From NCBI GenBank assembly GCA_000091205.1, contig AP006496.2: DNA of 64,000 bases. One strand, given 5' to 3'. A program made the translations under genes and the position numbers. The DNA is from Cyanidioschyzon merolae. Its lineage: Eukaryota. The notes below the pieces were generated by a model. The model made no database searches. It was not told the DNA's origin and worked only from the letters and a program-made list of their open reading frames with translations. Position 1 is the stretch's first letter. The number at the start of each line of letters is the position of its first letter. This document shows positions 21,613 to 31,243 of the stretch, piece after piece.

Positions 21613-22358
21613 CTAACAAGCCCGGCAGTTATATGTGGATCGCCTTTTTTGAGCCGTTTCAAGCCTAGAGTCTTGGTAGCTCCCGAAGCTTTCATTACCA
21701 GTCTCCCTCTTTCGGGATTGCATGGTTTCACTACCTGCCTTGCAGGCTGGCTTGAATAAGTACCTTCATGAGATCCCAGTTCGTCCGCGGCTCTTTCCGC
21801 AGGACTTTCACTCCGCTCGATTTCCGCGGCAGGCGATAACACGTTGAACCCCTGTCCATCGGGTAAAATACAATATTTCCCGTTTTCTACGTTAACGGGA
21901 ATGCTGTTGCCTTTCAGCGAACCGTGGACACAGTCCATTCTTTTCCAGTGCGTTGGAACGTTCGAGAAACGCAACACTTCCCCGTGTCCCGCTACTTTCT
22001 TCCCCGGTATTTGAGACCGTCGCTCGAGTTCGGAGGATGGGCTAACGCATACTCCTGAAATGCCGCAGCTGTCAGATTCCCCGTCGACGCTCACCAGTTC
22101 TCTGTCCGTCACACGGCAGCGAGCGCAAGTTTCCCCATGGCAAACGACACTTCGCCATCCCCGCGCCCAAGAACCCTTTATGCGTCTGAACGAAGAACAA
22201 TCATCCCATAGCTCATGGCGAGCAGTGGAACGTATTAAAGCCTCAGCTTCACCGTCCCTCACGGTTGTTGTTAAAAGCGTCTGCGAAAGTCTCGCAAGAA
22301 GGAACAGCACAAGCCCGAGAGCAAAAATATTCCATAATCGTTGCATATTCGACTGCAT
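21552..22358 (-). CDS. Hypothetical secreted/signal-anchored Cys-containing protein; possibly the N-terminal part of the same gene as 20824..21612, separated by a frameshift
   Basis: N-terminal signal/anchor MQSNMQRLWNIFALGLVLFLLARLSQT. The 3' end overlaps the open upstream frame of the Ser-rich ORF by about 60 nt in a different frame. Confidence 0.4.
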   Translation of the reverse strand: MQSNMQRLWNIFALGLVLFLLARLSQTLLTTTVRDGEAEALIRSTARHELWDDCSSFRRIKGSWARGWRSVVCHGETCARCRVTDRELVSVDGESDSCGISGVCVSPSSELERRSQIPGKKVAGHGEVLRFSNVPTHWKRMDCVHGSLKGNSIPVNVENGKYCILPDGQGFNVLSPAAEIERSESPAERAADELGSHEGTYSSQPARQVVKPCNPERGRLVMKASGATKTLGLKRLKKGDPHITAGLVSNNRRVASATASASLPPRQH

Positions 22359-24592
22359 GATTGGCCTATTAAGTGGTATATGAAATCACATAAGTGCGTT
22401 TCCTAGCTATAGAAGACAGCGAGTGACTTCTATTCTCCAGTAGCGTCCAAAGTGACGAGACAACCAAAAGCCGCTTTCGTCCACTGCACAAGCAGAAAGC
22501 GCTCCGCACTCCCAAACACAACACGCCAGGAAAACGCTGGATCTTGACCTGTCCCTCCAAAAAGAGAGCAGACTGGTCCGAATAGACGAGGTTCCCTCCG
22601 TGAAAACTCTAACGCCCTGTCTAAACTGGATTGAAGCAGGAAAACGCCAAGGTCTGGAGAAGGCGTCAGTGAATAAACCGTCGCCGTCGTAACTTGGTAT
22701 CCTTTCGATCGGTTGCATACCTGATTTACGCCACGTATTACGCATCGATGGTCGTCTGTTGATTTCGCGGGGCCGCTCGAGGGGACTGCTCGTGCGTCCC
22801 CGTTCGCGGGGTCTGGGTGCCCAGATCCCCGGGGCGGTACCCGCACCGGCGCGGGGACGCGTCCCCATCCGACGGGAACGGGCGTCGCGTATGCCCTACG
22901 TTTCGAATCGAATGGTGCAACGACGCGGAGGCGGTTCCATCCGCAGCCAATGAAACGCCGCCATGATCGCACGGCCGTGGTCTATGGAACGTTCTTCGTA
23001 ACCAAAAAAGAGAAATCGTCGTGCGGAAAAAAACAAAAAAAAAAACAACAAAACAGACTAGTCGCAAACTATTTATGAAAGAACAACTATCTTAAAGACC
23101 CACACACCACGCGCGCCCATGGGGTCTAGTTTTTCCGAAGAAGCTCTGAAAGTGGGTTAAACCGGGGTGCTTGGGCGACGACGAAGCAAGCCCACGACAC
23201 GGACCTTGACCGCAACGAACGGAGGGGCGGAGGCAGTGGCAGCAGATTATATTGACGAGAATTTTGAGTAGTTATCCGCTGCTCCCGAAACAACGCTGCA
23301 GGTTCGTGCACAAATCTTGGACCCATCCTCGAACTCGGGCTCAGGAGTACCTCCTACCATGGGTACCTGCCTAAACTTTGGAAACAGTCTCGGCGGATAC
23401 TTTGGAAGACGGCTGGCGGTATGTTCGCGGTCGAAGCTGGAGTAAGCGACTTGCCCGCCTATGTGTTTGGGCAGCGGATACGTAGCCACTGAAAGGGTGG
23501 TTTGCAGACTGTTCCCAGTGGTTGAGGGGAGGTTAAAGCGTCGGGTAATATAAGGGTCGCATTCGAATCGACCTTGACTAACGTACTTCTGATTCTACGC
23601 CAGCGCTGCGGCAAGCACTCAATGAACGACTGGAATGCGGGAGGCGCTGGTGGCATGTGCGCTCACACACCCCGTGGAGGCTGCGTCTAAATCGACGTTC
23701 CACGCGAAAGGTCCAGCGAATCGGATGCGCACACGGGCTCAGTGCGCTTTCCGCGCCTACCAACTGTTGGGTGTCAAGCACAAACCCGCATTGCCAACCG
23801 ACAACAACGCATTCCATGCATGGTCACGAAGGAGAGAGGCATCTCCTAGGATATATCCTAACAACCAAGTGTCTCCAGCGTGTCGTGCAGCGAAGGCAAG
23901 CCTCCATCCGCAGACTGTCCGAGCACAAAGAGACGACGAGACCCGATTCTACGGCGGGTGAACCACGCCTCGAGCCGACGCCCTCTGTGGTAATGCAACG
24001 CCGTTCTATCTCCGTGATGCATCTGCACCAATGGTAAGGACGCTACTGCGGACAATTAGGGCAGGCATCAGGCACAAGGTAGAACGAATGAAACGACCAG
24101 AATATACAAGAAGAGGTGCAGGCAATGTAACTTGGAAGTAGAGAGTTTCATGGATACCTCACCGCGCATTGGAAAAAACATACAAAAAAGAATGAAAAGG
24201 AAAAGCGTAAAATCGGAGAATGCTGGCACAAGTAAACGTATCGTCCATGAAAAAAAGAATCGCGCTCGGTGAGCGCTCCTCGGAGATCGGCCAGTCAACT
24301 GACAAGCTGCGCGTGGCGTTGTTGAAGGGAAACGCGATCCTGACCAGGAGCGTGCTGTTCTACCGGAAAAAAAGGTAGATTTCCGTTGATGTCATAACCA
24401 AGTACAGTTTTTCAATTCGTTTTTGTTTCAAACTTCAAACAAGTCTAGTCAAGTGTTTTTCGCAGTATATAACAGAAGGGTTCAAAGAGCGTTGTTTTTC
24501 AAAAAAAAACAAAAAAAGGAAAGCTATGAAAAAGCAAGTCCACGATCCCGGAGGCCCGGGGTCGCAGGCTGCCAGAAAAAAACAAAAAAACA

Positions 24593-25375
24593 GTGCCGAG
24601 TCCAGAAGAAAAGGAAGAGAGAAAGAAGAAGGACAGAAAGGGGGAGGTCCTACTTCGAAGGCGGCAAGAAAGACGGCTGTACGACGAGAAGGTGGTGAAA
24701 ACCTTCCTTCTTGGACATATCAAGGATTCCTACAGGGAAAAGTTGCGAGACGCTATCGAAAAACGTGTCGACTCGCACACCAAGAGTATTGTGAAGGCGT
24801 CGTCAGGACTGATGCATTTAGCGAGGGAGATGTATCGCGACGTGACGCAAATGGAAACGGTCGAGATTCCGGACGATTTTTTCGACAAGACCTTTCTTCG
24901 TCAGCTGATGCTTGGGACAGGTGAATCGCGGAGGGAAACTCAGCTAGGGCATGCCCTCCACGAAAACTTCGCGGAATTCCACTTCGAGGGTAATCGATAC
25001 AGGGGTGACTGGCGTATTTACAAATATAGGGCAATGAAGTACCTCACGAACCTGAAGAACTATTTGACAACGAACCTCGAACGTTTCGTGATACGCGCCG
25101 TGGTTGCACTCTACCCGGGCCTGTCTCGCAAAAGAATATGGGCCATCATCGATGGTATCACGAAAGATCGCAAGCATGAAGATGAGGTCGAATTTGTCGA
25201 CAAGAAGGCGTCAAAAGTGAGAACGAATGAAGCTTCTCTGATCCGTGCGGCTATTCAAGAGCACCGTGCAGTCTTAGGGCTGGTGACTCCAACAGACAAG
25301 ATATCAGAGTTGAAAAAAGATAAGGAAAGATACTATCGCCTCGTCCTGCGGTACCTCGTGTTTCTGGACCGATAG
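24593..25375 (+). pseudogene. Copy A, N-terminal segment of the Fanzor-like protein (lysine-rich NLS-like start, then a helical region); ends at a TAG where the copy at 47323..47763 has GAG
   Basis: Aligns along its length with 59161..60318(-) (the MKKQVDDPGGPGS...ERFMIRAVFALYPGLSRK region). Here LDR*LERKAEM versus [11 protein letters not shown] in copy 5. Confidence 0.65.
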
Positions 25376-26090
25376 CTCGAACGCAAGGCGGAGATGAAGC
25401 TGAGAGGCGAAAAAATGAAGAGTGGGAGAGACGGAAGGCTGTCCTAATGGGTAAGCGCTTCAACGGCGTTCCAGTGTGCAACCTCAAGTCACATTTTGTG
25501 AGTATCGACTCCAGAGTCCTTGACGCCGCATGAAAGAGATCAGTCCCGAGTTCGATGTTAGCAGGGAGGAGTTCTCCGGCGAAAACCGGGAGACCCACTG
25601 GAAGAATATCTTCGATTTCAAACGTCTGAGAGTGAGCAAGCAAACGGTATTCACTGGTTTGATCGAAACCGATGGAGTAGCCTTGTGTGTACACTATCGG
25701 CGGTTGAAGAAAGATCGGCCAGTTCCGCCCTCGGCTGCGCCCGTGACGAAGGATGGAGAAAAGGAGGAGTCGGATCCTGCGATGCAGGAGGTGGAGGATA
25801 ACGACTTTGTCGTTGACGTGGCGAAGGATGAAGATGAGAAGGAGGCGGATCCCACGACGCAGGAGGTGCAAGATAATGACCTTGTCGTCGACGCTGCGAG
25901 GCATGAAGATGAGAAGAAGGCGGATCCTGTGATGCAGGAGGTAGAGGATGACAACCTTGTCGTTGACGCGGCGGAGCATGAAGAAAACAAGAAGGCGGGT
26001 TCTGAGAAGCAGAAAGTGCAGGAAAACGACTTTGTCGTTGATGTGACGAAGCATGAAGTTGAGAAGGAGGCGGAACCTGCGACGTAGGAG

Positions 26091-26981
26091 GTGGAGGGTA
26101 ACGACTTTATCGTTGACGCGGCGAAGAATGAAGAAAAGAAGGCGGCGGGTCCTGTGACGCAGAAAGTGCATGAGAATGACTTTGTCGTTGGCGCAGACCC
26201 TGGAAACACAAATATCATAACCATCGCTGCACCGAAGCGTGCGGAACTTGGTATTGACGGCAACTTGCGTCAGAAAGACATGCGTCTTTTGGGGTTCTCG
26301 AGAGCGAGATACTATCGAGAATCGGGAATGATGAATGCGAGGAAGAAAATTGAGACTTGGAATTCAGGAATGAAGGATCACCTGGAAGCCTTGAGCGAGG
26401 TCATGAGCCGGGGAGCGGACTTTCGGGCTTTTCGGGAATTCATGGAAGTTCGTGTTACCCATTGGGATGCGCTGTGGGAGGAGTATACCAAGCTCCGGTG
26501 GGCTCGTTTGCGTAAGAATCTATACGGTGGGAAACAGCGGGCGTTTGCCAACTTTTTCAGTCAGTTGAGTGCCTTGAAGGAGGATGAGAGTCAGAGGCTG
26601 GTAGTGGCATACGGAGCAGGGCGCTGGGCGCCCAAGAAAGGCACTGCGCCAGCTCCAACGACAAGATCATACAAGGAGTGCGCATGGCGTTTCGTCACGA
26701 TACCTGTAGATGAGTTTCGAACGTCCTATACACACCATGAACTGGGGTGTACACTGCAGAGAGTGGAGATTGAAAAGTGTCAGCGGAGTCCTGAGGAAAT
26801 AGCAAAGTACGGACCGCTGACGGAAGAGCAAATGGGAAGGAAGGCGAAAGTGCGAGGGCTACATGCACTAGGGAGTACAACTCACAACGGCAAGAAACGG
26901 ATGGAATTCTTGAACCGAGACTTTAACGTCGCTATGAATATACGGAGATGTGCGGTGCTGGAGACGAGACCTCCAGCGTAG
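26091..26981 (+). pseudogene. Copy A, RuvC nuclease segment of the Fanzor/TnpB-like protein
   Basis: [15 protein letters not shown] (RuvC-I Asp), RAFANFFSQLSALKEDESQRLVVAYGAGRW (RuvC-II region), FRTSYTHHELGCTLQRVEIEKCQRS (ZnF-like), KKRMEFLNRDFNVAMNIRRC (RuvC-III, RD.N.A.NI). It is preceded by a TAG that aligns with CAG (Gln) in the repeat consensus. Confidence 0.7.
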
Positions 26982-27166
26982 ACATGAGAGAACTTTGCTG
27001 GACAGCCTCTGAAAGTTGAACTATATGAGAACAAGTTGTAAGCAGTAGTGGGTGGCCGGTCCAAAAAGTCTGGGAGGCGTCTACACGTCAGTTAAAGATT
27101 TTTTGTCGAGGGCGCGGTTGCCGCCACTACTTTTTCTGCCGACCGCAGCGCAATTAAAACTACTCT

Positions 27167-28612
27167 GTGTTTACAAAGCACCTACGATATTCAGCAGGTT
27201 TGCCCTTAAACGAAATTCATATGTGGACTGCTGCCTGGTACCGGGACTTTGGACGTCACGGTCTCCAGCGCGCAAGTCTAGCGAAGCACTTACCGTTGAG
27301 AACGCTCGTGCAGCGGTCCAGGTCACGCACGACAGGGACGCAGCGCTTGGTACGGCGCCTGTCAGATCTGCGTCTTGCTTCAGTTCCAAATCCTAGCTAC
27401 CGGCAAGCACAGTCGACCACACGTATCGAAAGATACCGCTTATCACCCCTGCAGGCGGTTCGTTGTGGGGTAAGCCTTGTGAAGTACGCAACCGGCACTG
27501 CTCTCCGTAGTGCCTTTTTCCTGCTCTTTCGGTTTGCTATGTTGCAGCTAGTTGCGTCTGGAAGCCAATGGTCCTCGAACCTAAATACGCAGCAAGTCGT
27601 TTTCTTCTCACGAGACTGGAGGGCGCAGCTGGAGTTTGTGAACTTCTTCTTCGGGGAGCTTTCTCTGCTTGCGAGCAAGGAGTGGCGTCACATCCAGGCG
27701 GGAACGTATATCATGCCAGCAGTGCCCACACGCCACTCACTGGACCTTGTGCCCAGACTGGTGGATTTCATTCAGAACCTGGGCGACTCGATGAAACTAC
27801 GAGAGGCGGGTATCGTCGACGCTGTTCCGGAGGCATTTCGTCTGAATTCCTTTTACCCTGAGTACTACAAACAAAACTTTCACTACCAAACGGACGGTTA
27901 CCTCAGCGCTGAATCAGCGGCCCGATACGATTTTCAGGTCGAGGTCCTTTTCGGAGGTCTCGCAGACATGATGCGTCGACAAGCACTGGTCCCTCTACTG
28001 GGTTTCTTGCGCGCAGAGGTCTCAAAACGTACACCGAGTAGCAACGGCCATCCGACCCTGAGCGTCTTGAATGTGCCCTGCGGCCCGGGTGGCTTTCTCC
28101 TCGACCTCATGGATAACCTTGCTGCAGATGAGCGTTTGCGCAACGTGAAGGTGACCAGCTTGGACTTGAGTCCGTTTTATCTACAAAGAGCGCAGACTCG
28201 TGTGCAGGCACTCCCAGAGAGTACCCCGCGCAGAAACGCAGCGTTTGTCCATGCTAATGCAGAATCACTGCCTTTCCCCGATGCATCCTTTGACGCGATC
28301 GTCAGCATATACCTCTTTCACGAGTTACCGATGTCGGCACGCGAGCGCGTTATCGCCGAATGGACGCGCGTTCTGCGACCCGGTGGAAGAATCGTTTTCG
28401 CGGATTCCATCCAGACCGGGGACAATCCACGGATGGAAGCCGCCATGAATCGATTTCGAGTGAACTACCATGAACCGTACTACCTAGAATACATAGAAAC
28501 CAACTTGCCCCAGCTTTTCAAGCAAGCCAGCGGCGGCCAGCTGTCCAATCGTGAGCAAGACATTTCGTTTCTTACAAAGGTTTGTGTGTTTGAAAAACAA
28601 GGTGGTATTTGA
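27167..28612 (+). CDS. Class I SAM-dependent methyltransferase (start codon uncertain)
   Basis: LNVPCGPGGFLLDLMDNL (motif I, GxGxG-like), VTSLDLSPFYLQRAQ (motif II), FDAIVSIYLFHELP and LRPGGRIVFADS (motif post-II/III). Lies immediately 3' of TE copy A. Confidence 0.7.
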   Translation: MFTKHLRYSAGLPLNEIHMWTAAWYRDFGRHGLQRASLAKHLPLRTLVQRSRSRTTGTQRLVRRLSDLRLASVPNPSYRQAQSTTRIERYRLSPLQAVRCGVSLVKYATGTALRSAFFLLFRFAMLQLVASGSQWSSNLNTQQVVFFSRDWRAQLEFVNFFFGELSLLASKEWRHIQAGTYIMPAVPTRHSLDLVPRLVDFIQNLGDSMKLREAGIVDAVPEAFRLNSFYPEYYKQNFHYQTDGYLSAESAARYDFQVEVLFGGLADMMRRQALVPLLGFLRAEVSKRTPSSNGHPTLSVLNVPCGPGGFLLDLMDNLAADERLRNVKVTSLDLSPFYLQRAQTRVQALPESTPRRNAAFVHANAESLPFPDASFDAIVSIYLFHELPMSARERVIAEWTRVLRPGGRIVFADSIQTGDNPRMEAAMNRFRVNYHEPYYLEYIETNLPQLFKQASGGQLSNREQDISFLTKVCVFEKQGGI

Positions 28613-29259
28613 TCCTCATTTCAGTGGTTTTTGTGAAGGTTTCCTGTGAAAGAATCTCAAGAATAAGTCCTTATGTCTTTCATAAAAAGAAGCAGTTGAG
28701 TGGTATTCTGCCCTACCAAATAGGCCGTCTGCATCGGTACAGCCCAGTCGCTGAACAGGCAACTGCGTCTATCCAGCAGCTACACCAGATTCGCCGGTCC
28801 ACAGACCCTAAATGAACAAAGAGACTTGCTTTTCTAAGGATCTCGTTGAGAACACTGCACCATGGGGTAAAAAATGCACCCAAACTTGTTCCACAGACCA
28901 CTTGGCGACCTCGCTGCCGCTGTCCTCAACCGAGAAGCCTCAGAACTCGCCGTGCATCCGCACCGGAAAGAAAACGCGGTCTACGTAACCGAATCCGTCG
29001 CTTTGCGCTCTTTCCAGAGAGAAGGTGCTGTCTTCCGGAGGCAGTATGACGCACAAGTCCCTCCTTCGAAACAAGGAAGCGCTTCACCGCGCCACTGTGA
29101 CTCTTACCAGGCACTCCAGCGAACCAGCGGTTGTACTGCCAAGCAAACCCCAAAGCTGAGCTCCTATATAAGCACAAGCTTTTCAGCCAAAGAGATCCAG
29201 GGTGAAGCAAGACGGGTATCCGTAAAAAGTTCATGCGTTTGACCTGGGAACACGAATAT

Positions 29260-29830
29260 TGTAACTAAAGTAGCACACGAGCGTGCGGCAGACATTTTTC
29301 GGACGACAAAACGTTTAGATTGACCATGCATCCCAGAATTCGGGACGGATAATGGCTTTCGGGAAAGCGTCCATCGTGAAGCACCTACCTTCAGGTTCCA
29401 TTACCCATACTTCCTCTCGGATATACTTGTCGTTTCGTATGTTCTATCGTGCGCCAAGTGCCTGCAGTGAGCACCCGCCATAGCGCTTATATACCGCTGA
29501 AGCAGATGCTGCACGGAGACAGAACGGCTTTGCCATACCACTGAGGGCGTCGATTCGATGCTTGGTTCATCCGACACGGGATCGGAGTACTTAATCATTA
29601 TGAAAGCCTGCGAAAGCGCGAACCGATCTACGAGGAGTTCACTGCGACCAGGGTGACGCCCAGACGCAGCATACGCGCTCCTTGTCCCAGAATGAATTGC
29701 GTTGCAGACGAGCTGCGCAGGTCTCGCCATACTACCTGCCACTGGAGAAAGCATGAAGCACTAGCCGCGCAGACTCGTCCGGCTCACTGGATCTTCCGCC
29801 TAGAAGGTAAACTTTCGAAGATACGGAAAA
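29260..29830 (-). repeat. Solo copy of the transposon 5' module (variant X'), in inverse orientation to the adjacent truncated copy 3
   Basis: The minus strand reads taccttctaggcggaagatccagtgagccgg...atcgacgccctcagtggtatggcaaagccgttctgtctccgtgcagc...gatggacgctttcccgaaagcc. This matches the 5' module of copy 6 (61135 downward) and the module at 47964-48400. Confidence 0.5.
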
Positions 29831-29984
29831 TTTTCCCCATTTCAGTGCTTACTATCAAGGTAGAAAGAAACTGTTATCGAGTTGCCTGTCAGAGGTTAGT
29901 TTCTGTTCTTTTCTCTCTGGGAGAATGCTCGCTGCTCACGGGCGGACACAATTAGAGGGCAAGCCTGTGTGAGGAAGTTGGTAA

Positions 29985-30876
29985 CGAGGGCAACTTATGT
30001 CAGAAAGACATGCGTGTTTTGAAGTTCTCGAGAGCGAGATATTACCGAGAATCGGAAATAATGAATGCGAGGAAACAAAGTGAGGTGTGCAACGCAGGAA
30101 TGAGGGAGCATCTGAAAGCGATCCACCAAGTGACAAGCCGTGGGGCGGACTTTAAAGCTTTCCGGGAGTTCATGCAAGTTCGCGTGGCTCATGACGAGAC
30201 GCTGTGAAAAGAGTATACCAAGCCCCGGTGGGCTGGTCTGCGTATGAGCTTGTATTGTGGGAAGCGGCGTGCATTCGCGAATTTTTTCAATGAGTTGAGC
30301 GCCCTAAAGGAGGATGAAAGTCAGAGGCTTGTAGTAGCGCACGGAGCAGGGCGCTGGAAGACTCAAAAAGGGACTACGCCAGCTCCAACGACACGAACGT
30401 TCAAGGAGTGCGCACGGCGTTTTGTTACGATACCGATAGATGAGTTTCGAACATCGTATACAAACCATGAACTGGGGTGCACACTTCAAAGGGTCGAGAT
30501 GGAAAAGCGTCGGAGGAGCCCTGATGATATACGAAAGTACGGAGCGCTGACGGAAGAGCAAATGGAAAGGAGAGCGAAAGTTCGAGGACTAGGTGCACTA
30601 GTAAGTACAACTACCAACGGGAAGAAACGGATGGAGTTCGTGAACCGAGATTTTGACGCAGCAATCTATATAAGGAGATATGCGGTGATGGAAAGAAGAC
30701 CTCCAGAGTTGAGAAGAGAGAACTTTGTGGGGCAACCTCTCAACGTGGAATTATATGAGAAAAAGTTGAAACCAGTAGTAGGTGGCCAGTCCAAAAAAAT
30801 GCTGGGAGACGTCTGAACGTCAGTTGGAGACTTTTTGTCTAGGGCGCGTTTGCCACTACTGGACACTGCCGGCGAC
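29985..30876 (+). mobile_element. 5'-truncated Fanzor/TnpB-like transposon fragment (copy 3): RuvC C-terminal half plus conserved 3' tail
   Basis: ORF 30010..30207 ([25 protein letters not shown]) and ORF 30244..30816 (KRRAFANFFNELSALKEDESQRLVVAHGAGRW...FRTSYTNHELGCTLQRVEMEKRRRS...KKRMEFVNRDFDAAIYIRRY). Tail ...gtctgaacgtcagttggagactttttgtctagggcgcgtttgccactactggacactgccggcg. Confidence 0.7.
30244..30816 (+). pseudogene. Copy 3, RuvC-II/ZnF/RuvC-III segment of the Fanzor/TnpB-like protein
   Basis: See copy 3. RuvC-III NRDFDAAIYIRR. Confidence 0.65.
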
Positions 30877-31243
30877 AACGTTTTTCTTTTGAAAGGCGTT
30901 TGTTGTCCCAGCCGTCGCTCCGAGTGACCTCCAGCAGCACCAGCTCGGAAACCTCGCTCTATTTTCGACGCTACTCTATCAAAATATTCTTATCACAAAA
31001 TCGATCGTCTCCGAGGAAGTTGGGAAACGCAAAACGCTTCGCTAGAGTCGGGCTATCGTGGGGCGATAGTACCAGATGCGGCTTTTCCTACTGATTCTGA
31101 ATCGGGCGCTTCAAGGTGCTTCGGCACTGCTTCCGTTGCGTCATTGGGGACACGACACCAAACGCCCGGGTCAGTTCTTGCTCTTCGCGCTTCACTCGTG
31201 CGCTGTTCAGTCCACAGATGACGCACCATCAACGACCTCTTCA

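Larger units (their letters stand above)
23690..27140 (+). mobile_element. Fanzor/TnpB-like transposon copy A (full-length architecture; two in-frame TAGs and a 1-nt deletion)
   Basis: Order along + strand: 5' module (23690-24520) including the conserved block gagccgacgccctctgtggtaatgcaacgccgttctatctccgtg; N-terminal ORF 24593..25375 (NLS-rich KK/RR start); ORF 25530..26087 with 5 acidic repeats ([23 protein letters not shown] and similar); ORF 26091..26981 with Ruv[21 protein letters not shown], a degenerate Zn-finger region FRTSYTHHELGC...KCQRS, and RuvC-III NRDFNVAMNIRR; conserved 3' tail to about 27140. Segment junctions are TAG (25376, 26088) or a -1 frameshift relative to other copies. 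Confidence 0.75.

Noticed and set aside
27167-28612. The methyltransferase as cargo of transposon copy A.
   Set aside because: The conserved transposon tail ends at about 27140, before this ORF. No other copy is followed by a similar gene, and the downstream flank differs, so it is more likely a host gene adjacent to the insertion.
29440-29560. The conserved block ...gccataccactgagggcgtcgat... in the transposon 5' module as a 5S rRNA or other small RNA gene, since GCCATACCAC is a 5S-like start.
   Set aside because: Beyond that decamer the sequence does not follow the 5S rRNA consensus (no CCTGAAAGCACCGCATCCCGTCCGATC). No tRNA-like T-loop/D-loop arrangement is present either. It is always linked to the TE.
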